A DNA stretch of 63,899 nucleotides, filler included, from Perkinsus chesapeaki ATCC PRA-425 (Eukaryota; Protista; Perkinsozoa), in assembly GCA_013115145.1 (NCBI GenBank). It is 10 parts of 10 records of this genome, joined end to end, with 100 filler letters (N's around TTAATTAATTAA, not from the genome) between each part and the next. Parts side by side here need not be neighbours in the genome. Positions count along the whole stretch, not along the records: positions 1 to 22,653 come from JAAPAO010000574.1; positions 22,754 to 37,874 come from JAAPAO010000731.1; 8 more parts are not named here. The stretch is one strand, 5' to 3'. Position numbers and translations under genes: made by a program. Positions 12,901 to 22,963 of the stretch are shown in pieces (within the stretch, counting starts at the first letter, position 1; every line of letters begins with the position of its first letter). The notes below the pieces were generated by a model. The model did no database searches, was not told the DNA's origin, and was given only the letters and a program-made list of their open reading frames with translations.

Positions 12901-14603
12901 TGCCATCAAGACTATGCAAGGCTTCGTCGAGCAGTCTTCTCCGACAGTCTCGATCCGCTCAGTGTTGGTTCACTCCTTGGTAGGGTCCTCTTCGGAGAGC
13001 CTCAAGATCCTACGGATACCGATAGAATAGAGCCATTCGGATCATGTAGGTTGTATGCCTGTCTCCTCTATCAAACCGGCCCGTTCTTAGGCACATGTGT
13101 GGACCCTGCGCGAGGCGCCGCGCCGATACGGTTTACCTTCGTAGATGAAAAGCAAGGCGCTCGTGAACTTGACTGCAGCAGGGTAACATCCCTCTCATAT
13201 TGAATATTCATCCAGTTGCTTCCTATTAGGAACAACTAACATTCCTCCTCGGTTTGTTGGAAACTGCTGGGCAAGGCGTCAGGGGCGTCTTCCATGGGTT
13301 CCCGAGTAAAGTGAAGTTGCGCTTCTTCTCGAAGGACCCCGAGACTATGTAGGGCATCTCCACCTATAATCATCACCCTACGGTGTGTTTTCAGCGCTCG
13401 AAGTGATCCTTTCATGCGCGCTTTAATGGCACCGGAGGAATTGACTTCATCTCCGAGCTCCGAGGGTGAGAGCGCTGACATCATCACGGTTTATTCGGTC
13501 AGTGCCAGGCGCTTCTGAAAAGTTGATCAACATCTGCGTTCCCTGTCGAACTGGCGTCTATACGATAGACACCCGGTCGGCTCTACCTACCTTAGCGGTG
13601 ACCTCAGGATACGCTTCCATCACCCCGCCAGAGTTCATGGTATTCGCTAGCTCGTCCGTGTATGCATTTACTTTTCCAATGTTCAGAGAAGGCTCCATGA
13701 CGCTCAAAGAAAGTGGCACTTTGCAGTCGAAAAACAGGACTACTGCCATGTGGTTGTCATAGGCAATGATGCCTCCAAACCTGAAGGGTTTGATAGCAAC
13801 GTGGCTCGTCAATTGGCCGTCTCACTCATATCACAGGTGAGGCTTCTCCTGTGGCATCTATCTGAAGTTATTATCGTTTCAGGTACGGAAACATCAGGAC
13901 CATCAGCTGGTGAAGGTCGATGCCTGTTACCTCGTATTGAAGAGAATCGCGGCTAACGACAATAAAGTTGACCCTTTATTCGGCCACCGTTTGATTCAGA
14001 CGTAACAATGTCGAAGTTGAGCGGTTGTAATCGCTCCTCTTTATTGGCAGATATTTCTCTCTGGCGTCGGAGGGGCGGGAAGAGGAGGTCCTGTTAACAT
14101 TAGCTGATGGTGATCGGTCTGAGCTTCGGAAAATACTCGGGCCTGCGGCAGTGCCACATGAGCAAATTCACACTAACGAGAGGACTGTTGAAGATTGGGA
14201 GACTGATGGGAAGTACACTCGCATGTCTGTCTGTCCGTTATATTAAACTATCAGCTATGGAGGCGACTTCAACTGGGTTCGAGCCGACCTTAAGGGGCTC
14301 CTCTCCGGCGGGATGGTCACCGGTGTTGGCCCCTCAATCTTTGATGATAGTGAAGAAGAACCATTTTGGATGGACGATGCGCTATGGTCTCCTTCCGCGG
14401 CTGCTACTCCTACTTCTATAGCTCGAATAATGCAGGTAGGCCGCCTGGTTTAGTTGCCCTAATGGGCCGCTCAGGGGATACCAAGTCCAACATATCCGAC
14501 CAAGGTGTGGAAAGACAACTCATTCTGGGGGAAACACGAAGCTCTGCCATTTGATGTTCTTACGAGTAGACTAGTGGTAATTTCCAGCACTATTGTTATA
14601 TGA
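9984..14603 (+). CDS. RECQL4: RecQ4-like ATP-dependent DNA helicase, multi-exon; start uncertain
   Basis: NNFVYQNLK (RecQ4 N-terminal motif), [92 protein letters not shown]; C-terminal [23 protein letters not shown] resembles the RecQ4 C-terminus; TGA 14601-14603. Confidence 0.92.
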
Positions 14604-15086
14604 CCACAGGTATGATATCTGCTACAATGCGGGGCAAATGAGTCTGCAAGTTTCCTAACAAATTGAAGACAAGTTCGAACCGAACTGACATAATTATTTT
14701 CATGAAGCTTTCCTGCACTAATGGCTGGAGTCGCGTCCCCCGAGTAACCCTATTGAATCAAAAGTATTGGTGGCTCGAATAGAGATGTACAAACTTCAGA
14801 AACACAACACAGCGAATAACAGCATCGCCAAGAAGTGTCCCATGGTCAGCCGTCACCCTCCAGAAAACATTAGTGAGCATCAATCAAGGTGGAACCTCGC
14901 GGAGTCCGGATTTCTCTGCCCAGCTCGTGGAGAGCGCTCTCCTCCATTCAAAAGTTTCCTAAGTTTCGATCGCCTCCATCGTTGAGATCTTCCCTAAAAC
15001 TTCTCTAGCTTCACGACATACATTTTTCACTGAATCTGAGAGAACTTGTATGGCGAAGTGGCTTCCAGGGCACGAGAGCGGTAGCA

Positions 15087-15713
15087 TCAATCCACACGCT
15101 CGACATCGACATTTGCGAACTCACAGCTATTTGCCGTTATCTTATCAACCATCCGTTGAGTCTTCCAGAGAAGCATTCCAATACCTTCGACTTCTCCAGT
15201 TAGGTTCCGGCCTATTATCTTCGATACGTTTTCATGGTTCAGGGCCCACCAGCCGTTGTTTGATCGGGCGCTCTCGATCGCCTTCTCCGCGGTCATGCCC
15301 TGGAGCGGGTCACTCCTCTTCTCAACTTCGTCTTCGTCTAGCTTAGTTGCCCCTGCTCTTTGCCTCGCTATTAAACCATCCCACGATTGTAGCATTTTCC
15401 ATTCCAAAGGAGGCGGTTTGGTCCCAAGTAGCCTCGTGCTCCCGGCAGCTCCACGAACAATGTCTGCCCGACGCACATCTTTGTGTTCAGATTTGATCGC
15501 TTCTCTCGTGCGGGCTGTGGAGTGATTTCTCGTTTTAGTTGTCGGTGTGTGCCGTTGTCTCTGATGGACGAGCCGTTCAGTTAACGCAAGCATCTGCTTG
15601 GGGGTTCGTGAGGAGCTCTTCCTAGGTGAACTAGTGACTAGGGAAGCATCTGGCTTAGTCACTCGGTGAAGCGGGAGTGGAGGTATTTCATGCCTCATTG
15701 CATAAAGTGACAA
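15087..15713 (-). CDS. Hypothetical protein (basic, Ser/Thr/Arg-rich N-half); ORF opens at TTG, first ATG 15703
   Basis: 208-codon open frame on the same strand as, and just downstream of, CFAP161; no family recognised. Confidence 0.5.
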   Translation of the reverse strand: MSLYAMRHEIPPLPLHRVTKPDASLVTSSPRKSSSRTPKQMLALTERLVHQRQRHTPTTKTRNHSTARTREAIKSEHKDVRRADIVRGAAGSTRLLGTKPPPLEWKMLQSWDGLIARQRAGATKLDEDEVEKRSDPLQGMTAEKAIESARSNNGWWALNHENVSKIIGRNLTGEVEGIGMLLWKTQRMVDKITANSCEFANVDVERVD

Positions 15714-15960
15714 TGTAGCTTCTTCGATGATATTATGTGCAGCCCGACTAAGTTTTGTAACGCGACACTGGGCTAGCTGTGAACAACAATACTCTACATG
15801 TTATAACTAGCTGCTGGTGTCGATATGTGGCTCGGACGACACAACCAACTGAAAAAGGTGCGTGAATGTGCGCAGTTCGGAATCAGGGCTTCTCTTTGGA
15901 AAAACGGGGTCGCCGGATGAAGGCAATGTAACACCGGGAATGCTCAAGAATTCTGCGACG

Positions 15961-17135
15961 CTAACCTACCGTCCAGATATTCTGAGGGCCGTGCCGCCTT
16001 AAGGCATAGTCTCCAGTAATTTCACCTACACACAACCACTATCTCAAAGCCTTCTCCCTAGTCTCCCACCCTTCTTCTCTGAATTCATGTTATGCGTCTT
16101 GTTTGTCGAGTAATAGCAATGGGCATGCACCTCATTCTCTGCGCCAAAGACGTTCATCTGTTTGATCTTGTCAGACGCCAAGAAGCTTCCTGAACAAACC
16201 AGGAGTGCACTTAGCTCTCCTTTCCCGGTAGACTATACCGGTTCCGAGGTGCTTTATAACAATAGGCTGGTCGACCTTCACTGGCTCACCCTCTGTCTCA
16301 AATCTCATCTTGCCGTCGGGATGCAGAATCTGCCTTTGACTGAACCCGTGGCTAACCAGACTAGAACTTCTCACCTGCCATCTTGTGTTCCCCGAAGGCT
16401 TTGCTAATGCACCGACCTCCTGCTTGCGGCTGCACTTGGAAGCAGCCAGAGCGGATACCATTTCACTGTAGAGGTAACAGTCCCTGAACAACAGCACCGG
16501 ATTGGCTCTCTGCTCTCTGTTCAAAGTCTTACTCTTGAACTAGTCCCCTAAGTCTAAGCTGAACCTCATCGCCATAGCACACCGGCGTATTCTCATCGTT
16601 GGAGTTTACCAGTTCCACTGCAAACACGTTACGGACGCACGGGGTTGCGTTTGGGCCTGCCGAAAGTGGCGATAATATCGCTGTGTGGCGGATCACCAGG
16701 CATCTACCCGTAGTGACTGCATATGCAGTCGCCTTTCTGCCGGGAATCTTCTCCTCGGCGTTGGCACTCAGGAAGCATTCAGATGCCTCGTTACGCAGCA
16801 TCACTGTGTCACCTACAAACGTGCACAGTCTAAGGTTTGCGGTCCAGCCCTGAGCATGGTGTATACCATTCCTTAGGGTGCCGTCTTGACCCTTTATCTG
16901 AGCTGCCGCTGGCTGTAGGGCTCGTTCTAGCATGAGCTGCCTCGATATCACCAGCAAGTCGCCGGACTCCTTCTTGGACATGTACCTGCCCGGCCATAAC
17001 CGATCACTCATTGCCACGTTAATCTCACTCCTTCATTCTTAATTCGTTTAGTTCGACTTCCTCGCACCAGTTGCCAATACGACAAGTAGGTTTGTAGCGG
17101 GCGCCACCGCAGAGTTGCTGGCTAGTGAACTGCAT
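15961..17135 (-). CDS. CFAP161: Cilia- and flagella-associated protein 161-like, multi-exon; 3' end approximate
   Basis: YKPTCRIGNWCEEVELNELRMKE, VRNVFAV...YGDEV, YLYSE...SRKQEV, WQILHPDGKMRFETEGEPVKVDQPIVIKHLGTG, NVFGAENEV.AHCY, QNIWT follow CFAP161/C15orf26 motif order. Confidence 0.85.
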
Positions 17136-17297
17136 TAGGGAGGGTAATGCCGAAAAAGCTGAGAAGATGCTCAGGCCTCGATGATTCGTTGATTGTAATA
17201 AAACCAAGAGTCTTTACAGGAGCCACACACCGGCTGTGTGGGAAAGCCAACGCAAGACAACGGCAAATTGCAAACTCATATCAACAACAACTGCATG

Positions 17298-18376
17298 CTA
17301 AGTAGAGACTCTTCGAGAAGGGCCCACACATGAGCACCTATCGCCAGCAGACAACACTGTGTCTGCTATGTCACTGAGGACTCTTGCATAAGGGTGAAGG
17401 CCACCGTCTTCTTGCAGCTTGCCCGACATCCACTGGGGCATCCAGTTCATAGGCTGCACCGCCCAGTGGCACTGATCATGCACATCAGTTGGGCCGCACG
17501 TGCGCCAAGCCTTGTTGACAAGAGGCTCTGGTGGAGCATAGCAGCTGCAGTGGACGCCGCTCACAATGAGCGTTCCTGACTTCGTTAACGGAGCATACAG
17601 GCCCGCCAGCTGCGGGTACGTTTCTCTGTCTGGAAGCCTCCTTATGAGCTCGACCTGAACCCAATGAGCCGTGGGAAGGACCGGGTTGCCGAAAGTTTTT
17701 CTTATGAGGTCGCCTGGCCTTATATTTTTGGCTGCAACAGGACCCCTGTCTTGAGTGAAAAGGAGGTGGTCTGCAGATAGCCTGAGCACACTGCTTCCCT
17801 CCTCCTCTTCGTCTCCTCTTTCATCGTCTTGTGCGTTGATCTCAATGCACGTTCCTGGCTGCCACTCGAACTCCGGCTCCCTATGGAGCCACGAGGTAAC
17901 CTCACTGTATGTGAGAGTATCATCTATTATACACATAACCTCATCACCAACCTCCAACTCAGACATTTTGACAAGGCCTGCGAGCGAGATTGGATCTCCA
18001 GAGGGAAAGAGGCGGGCCCGAATGCATGAGGCACGAGTTGGCACATCTGCTTGGCACGCGATGAAGCCTTACCTTTGTGCTTCTCGACAACAGTGTTATC
18101 GCCAGTGAAGCAGGAGGGCAAACCGTACTTCTTGTTGTGCTCCTCTTTCATTTCATGAGACTTCGACTTTAATTTATCTAACGTCTAGATTGAACCACAG
18201 TTGAAACCTAGCAGAGGCGGCCAACCTAGAGCTCCTCCGAAGAACGCCTCCTTCTTGTGCAGTTCCCCTTCGGAGGTGAAGTGTCTTTCATGGTGTGTAT
18301 CGCTACTATGACCGCTGAAATCGGTCAATGCATGCGGACTTTCGTGGTCACCCATCGGAGGGGCTGACCAAGTCAT
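17298..18376 (-). CDS. Hog protein 2: ~72-aa His-rich N-terminal peptide plus Hint and sterol-recognition-like region
   Basis: MTWSAPP...KYGLPS|CFTGDNTVVEKHKG (Cys1 18112-18110), intron 18072-17978, LVKMSELEVGDEV...SWLHRE...LSADHLLF...GLYAPLTKSGTLIVSGVHCSCYA...GLHPYARVL. Confidence 0.93.
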
Positions 18377-18588
18377 AGTTCACTTGAAGGCGTTTATAGG
18401 ACAACAAGATACTTTGATTGACAAACACAAATGTGCGCTTCCTTGGAGAAACAACCTTTGCCGCCAGCCTCGCTAGGCAGTGGAGGCAGGCTTTATCAAA
18501 CGTTCAACTTCAATGCTACACGGTAATGAGCTTAGCGCATTAGCAACAGGCCCTCATGACCCAATGCGAATTGCATGACAGACGATGG

Positions 18589-20130
18589 TCAGGCACTTGG
18601 TTGATTCTGTCCTCCGCGCGCAGCTGTGACAGCTCCCGAGGACCATGCACTGGGCGGACTACCGACCGGCGGGGCTAGTGGCCCACCTGGGACTGGCATT
18701 CCTTGAGTAGGGGACCGAAGGGGCGTAGAGTTGCTAAAGCCTACAAGAAATACCAGTAAGTTTAATTAAACCGTTCAATGGCGCTCACTTGATTCATTCG
18801 GGGCTTCTCTCGGTCTAGGTGCCAACAGTGGAGGACCTTCGGCTTTCAAGCCACTAAGTGGCGGAGGCGGTCCGTAACCCAGAGTAGCAGCATGGGCCGC
18901 AGCAGCTGCCATAGCATCCACACGAGCTGCCTGAGCTCGAACTGTTACCTGAAAGGGGTGGGAGGATCAGACTTGCTATCCAAAAACGGGTAACGCATAC
19001 CCGGTGCCACTCGTCGTCTGACCGGTATATGCAGTCACCGGGCCGATCGACTTGACGTATCCTCTCGAAAAGGTTGACGTATTTCTTTGGAAAGTGAAGG
19101 CCTAACTGAACTCTATCGTCTTGAGAGTGGACTACGCCAACGCCTGGGAAGGATCTGAGGCACGAAAAAAGCACTAAATAAAAAATGTGAGAAAAAAGGT
19201 TCTATCGGGATTCGAACCCGAGTCGCAGGATTCAAAGTCCTGAGTGCTAACCAACTACACCATAGAACCACTTAAAAACCGCGACGTATATTGACCTTCC
19301 ATCGAATGGTCATCACGATACTCACAATGCAACAGCCAATAGCCCCAGTTGTTCTTGCTCCCAATTACGTAGCTCGAACAAAAGCGTATCTCTGTCCTGG
19401 CAGACCGCCAGGTGCCCTCGGCGACTACACGCTATACCTGAGACTTACATCCTGCACCATACGGGAATTTATCATGATGATGACAAGGGGCTGTAATGAA
19501 CAATAAGGGGCTAATGCGCCACGGCGTGCAAACAAGAAGGTAGAGATTGGATACTCACCAACCGGTTGAGTCTGCCTCATCAACGAAAGAAGAGCAGAGT
19601 GCATTTGAGATGACGTGACAATGCCATAAGTCTGTGGCTTAGCCAGCTCGATCGCAGCTCGCTGGAGGGCCTCAAACGGCTAAGCCAGAGGAACTCATCA
19701 CACAGCCTCATGCCCACTCTCATACCTCTTGTACGGTTTGTGGTACGTGGAAAGTTCGAATGAGCTTGTCGGCTGCATGGGTCGACAAGGAGCGGAGGAT
19801 GTCCCCTAAAATCCCATACAGTATAGTAGCTTAGCGACAGGCATCCCTCATGGCTCACTGGCGCTCGTTCGTTCAAGGCCCCACCGTTGAACAAATTCTC
19901 CTATCTCCTGGTCTGTTGGGGCAGGAATGACCGGTGGGGGGTCGTTCGACATACGTACTGATAAAGGACAAAAGTAAGCAGTCGCGCCTTCGAACGCTGC
20001 CGGCACCTTTCCTAGCTTTCCAATAGTCTCTCAACTCCCCCGGACCGTGCGCCTTGTGGCAGTCCCTGCCAGTGCACTGTTGGTCCGTACACGGCAGCGT
20101 CCGGAAATGAGAGTCCTGCGCGATCGCCAT
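18589..20130 (-). CDS. CCCH zinc-finger protein with Pro/Ala-rich C-terminus, multi-exon
   Basis: N-terminal RTLPCTDQQCTGRDCHKAHGPGELR fits C..C..C..H plus ELR. Phase-consistent later exons (DRDTLLFELRNWEQEQLGLLAVAL/SFPGVGVVH...DEWHR/VTVRAQAARV.../...GGQNQPSA*) end at TGA 18591-18589. Middle exons not fully resolved. Confidence 0.68.
19197..19269 (-). tRNA. tRNA-Gln(TTG), intronic, followed by oligo-T
   Basis: Reverse complement GGTTCTATGGTGTAGTTGGTTAGCACTCAGGACTTTGAATCCTGCGACTCGGGTTCGAATCCCGATAGAACCT: 7-bp acceptor stem, anticodon loop CTTTGAA, GTTCGAATC T-loop; T-run directly 3'. Confidence 0.97.
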
Positions 20131-20720
20131 TAGGAGATTCTTGTAGGGCTGATGCCGTCCACAGTTCTAAGGCGTTGGATAAACTCAAAACCAACCAGTG
20201 CCCACCACTACCTGACAGTATCGATAAAGCCGGCCAGCTGTAACCACTCCTTCACATCCCGGTGAAGGACACAGCCAATCTCCACGCTGAAATGTGTACT
20301 CCTCAGGGAACCCGGCCGGCCTACAGTCATCCTACCGCAACGCTATGTCCTCCTCTACTACCTGAACACCGACTTCTTTCCGTCACTAGCTGGGCTTTTC
20401 TCTACCCCGTCCATCTTCGGTGTGGTATTGTTACTACTGGTCTGAGTGGTCGGCGGCGAGGATGGTACCTCTGGTGGTGAGGGCACACTCGACATGGAAA
20501 TCAATCCCTAGGCTCCTCTAACCTGAACCCTTCTCTTCAACGCAGTAAGCAGTAACGTGAAATAAGAAAAACAACAACACCACTCGAATGATTCACGGTC
20601 GCTTTGTCGAATTCTCCTTCTCCTCTCGCTTGGCCTCAACCGCTCGTGCCAGTCTCGCTTCCTCGTACTTTTTCCATGTATCTCTGAAACACGCCAGTGC
20701 CCCCAACCAGAGCTCGTGCC

Positions 20721-22234
20721 CTACTCGGTTGCATTAGTCGGGGCCGGTATGAGGTTCGGATCGAAGGGCTGACCTGCCCATAAGAATATCCGTCGACTGC
20801 CACGTCCGCAATACCCTTAAATGGGCTGTTCTCAGCGTTCCAGGCGTCCTTCATGATCTCCTGCATTCTGATCTGATCGCTTGTCGGTTTGCCCTGTGCC
20901 TTCTGGTTCTGGTCGAACATTATCTTCCTCACCGCTCCTTGTGATGCTGAACGCCCCAGACCTGCCGACCCCTTCCGCTCCTTCAAGCTCACATTCATCC
21001 AATTCTCCGATTTTCTTCGTAGACTCTATCTTAGTAGTATCGATCGCTTCATCGCCTATTAGAACGCTGCCCCACCATGTATGCACAGTCTTCTCCACCG
21101 AAAGAATCAACTAAGCCACCATCACTACCCCGCGCGCTCGACTAGCCAGTCTCACTTTGTCACCATCCTCTATCAACCATGAGCTCTCAGATGGCACCAC
21201 TTTCATACTCCAGCCCCCCTCCAATATAGTACCGCTGCTACTTGTCTTATCTTCTACGCGCACACTACCGGGCTTGATCGTCTAATCGGAAGAGACTGCA
21301 ATCTGAAGGCATGAGCTTTACCTACCACATTGAGTTCTTTGGCCTTTGTGTTCGGCCGTAAAGGGACTTCCACTGTGACGTCGTTCATGGTCTGGGTCCA
21401 TAAGTATTTATCCGTGCGCCCTCCATTCCAGGTGCCTTAACAACCATCTTCAAGATTTTCGAAGTAGACTATCTAAGGCTCACTGATATGATTTGCTCTA
21501 TCTAGCGAGTCTATCACATGCGCCTGGCTAGCAGGTAGAGTGCTAGGGTTCACCGCCTGTGCACAGGGCGCATCCTTCGACGAGGATGAACAGGCTTCGT
21601 TGTTGGCCTGTCCATAGAGAGCCTCCTCATCCCAGCATCACATCTTATTACACCACCTTCGCTTTAGTTTCTATTCTAGCTCCTGTAGTTACCTTCTTTT
21701 CTTTACTGTTAGAAGACTGCTGCGGTCTGTTGTAAAATCGATCAGGGCCATCTACCTGACTAAAACAGCATTTCGACTTGCTCCACAAAAATGATTCTTT
21801 ATCCCCGAATATGATTCCCCCATAGATGCCCACTCCTACCTTCCTCCACCTTTCCTTCAGCGGCTTCACTTCATCGGGCTCATTCCGGCGAAGATACTCC
21901 AGTTGATACTGTCGCATTATAGAGATGACCATATCCTCCGAATAGCCTACAGGGACGGAGCTCAGTAGGAACTGGCCGCGCTGAGGACCTACCCAAAGGG
22001 AACCCCATCTTATCGTCTTTTGATCGCATTATATGGTAGAGGTCGGTCTTGCGGCCGAAGAAACAGAAGATCGTGTGCAGCAGATGTTCTATGCCCTAAC
22101 AGAGCCCTTGCCGGGTAAGCTGTATTGAGCCCCGGTACCTGGTGTTGCTGGGCCATGGCCAGAAGAAGGTCATCGAACAGTGTTGATGGCTCTGGGCTAG
22201 CTGGGGATAGATGATGGGAGGAGGAAGAGCTCAT
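20721..22234 (-). CDS. NUDCD3: NudC-family protein, NudCD3-like, multi-exon
   Basis: LFDDLLLAMAQQHQ/GIEHLLHTIFCFFGRKTDLYHIM...KMGFP (NudC N domain), YLWTQTMNDVTV (CS domain), WWGSVLIGDEAIDTTKI, IMFDQNQKAQGKPTS..IMKDAWNAENSPFK/GQPFDP (NudCD3-type end); TAG 20723-20721. Confidence 0.9.
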
Positions 22235-22653
22235 AAAGCTGTATTAAACTACCGATGGGAAAAGTATCTTATGATACGAGTGAAGCATGCATCAACCTAT
22301 GGAGGTTATACACTAGTCCCCCGACCAGTGTCAGCCCAATACCATATCCCTAAGCCTTAGCATCCAACTGTATGCCTTTTGGAAGTCCATGTCGCATTAG
22401 TAGGGCCTATTCCGTGACAGACTGCGCAGTACTCGGTTTGTGTTGGTACCAACCTATGATATCTTTCCCTCTACCAGGACCTACCGTCAAGCTCAGATAC
22501 GTAACAGGTCTGCAGTCCAGTACACCTTATAGGACATCATCGGCATTGAGCGGCTACTAAAGCAAATTTCGTTTCCAATAAATGTAGGGATATAACCTCC
22601 TGAATATCAAACTCAAGCACGAATAGGTGACAGGATAAGCGTTACACGTAAAG

Positions 22654-22753
22654 NNNNNNNNNNNNNNNNNNNNNNNNNNNNNNNNNNNNNNNNNNNNTTA
22701 ATTAATTAANNNNNNNNNNNNNNNNNNNNNNNNNNNNNNNNNNNNNNNNNNNN
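22654..22753. other. Artificial contig linker N..TTAATTAATTAA..N (also at ~37875, 46083, 49277, 50799, 56223, 58332, 61468, 62678)
   Basis: Same 12-mer with stops in all six frames embedded in ~100-nt N blocks. Confidence 0.97.
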
Positions 22754-22963
22754 CATCTAGAACAACCCCTAACCCTAGATCTTCTACGGTTTCTTCAATT
22801 ATTAATCTAAGTCGTCCCGTACAGCCAGTTCCCTGAGCTTCGCCCGCCGACGCACATTTTCTTCGCCTTTCCATGGCGAGCGACTACGCAATTCTTCGTG
22901 TAGAAATAAATTCCCATCACCGTTTTCGCCGTTAACATTAACGCCTCATAGTTTTTCGGTTCG

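Noticed and set aside
22698-22709. TTAATTAATTAA motif recurring nine times
   Set aside because: Always embedded in N blocks; an artificial six-frame-stop linker, not biology.
22760-22776. Telomere-like aacccctaaccctag at a contig start
   Set aside because: Fewer than two clean units; not an array.
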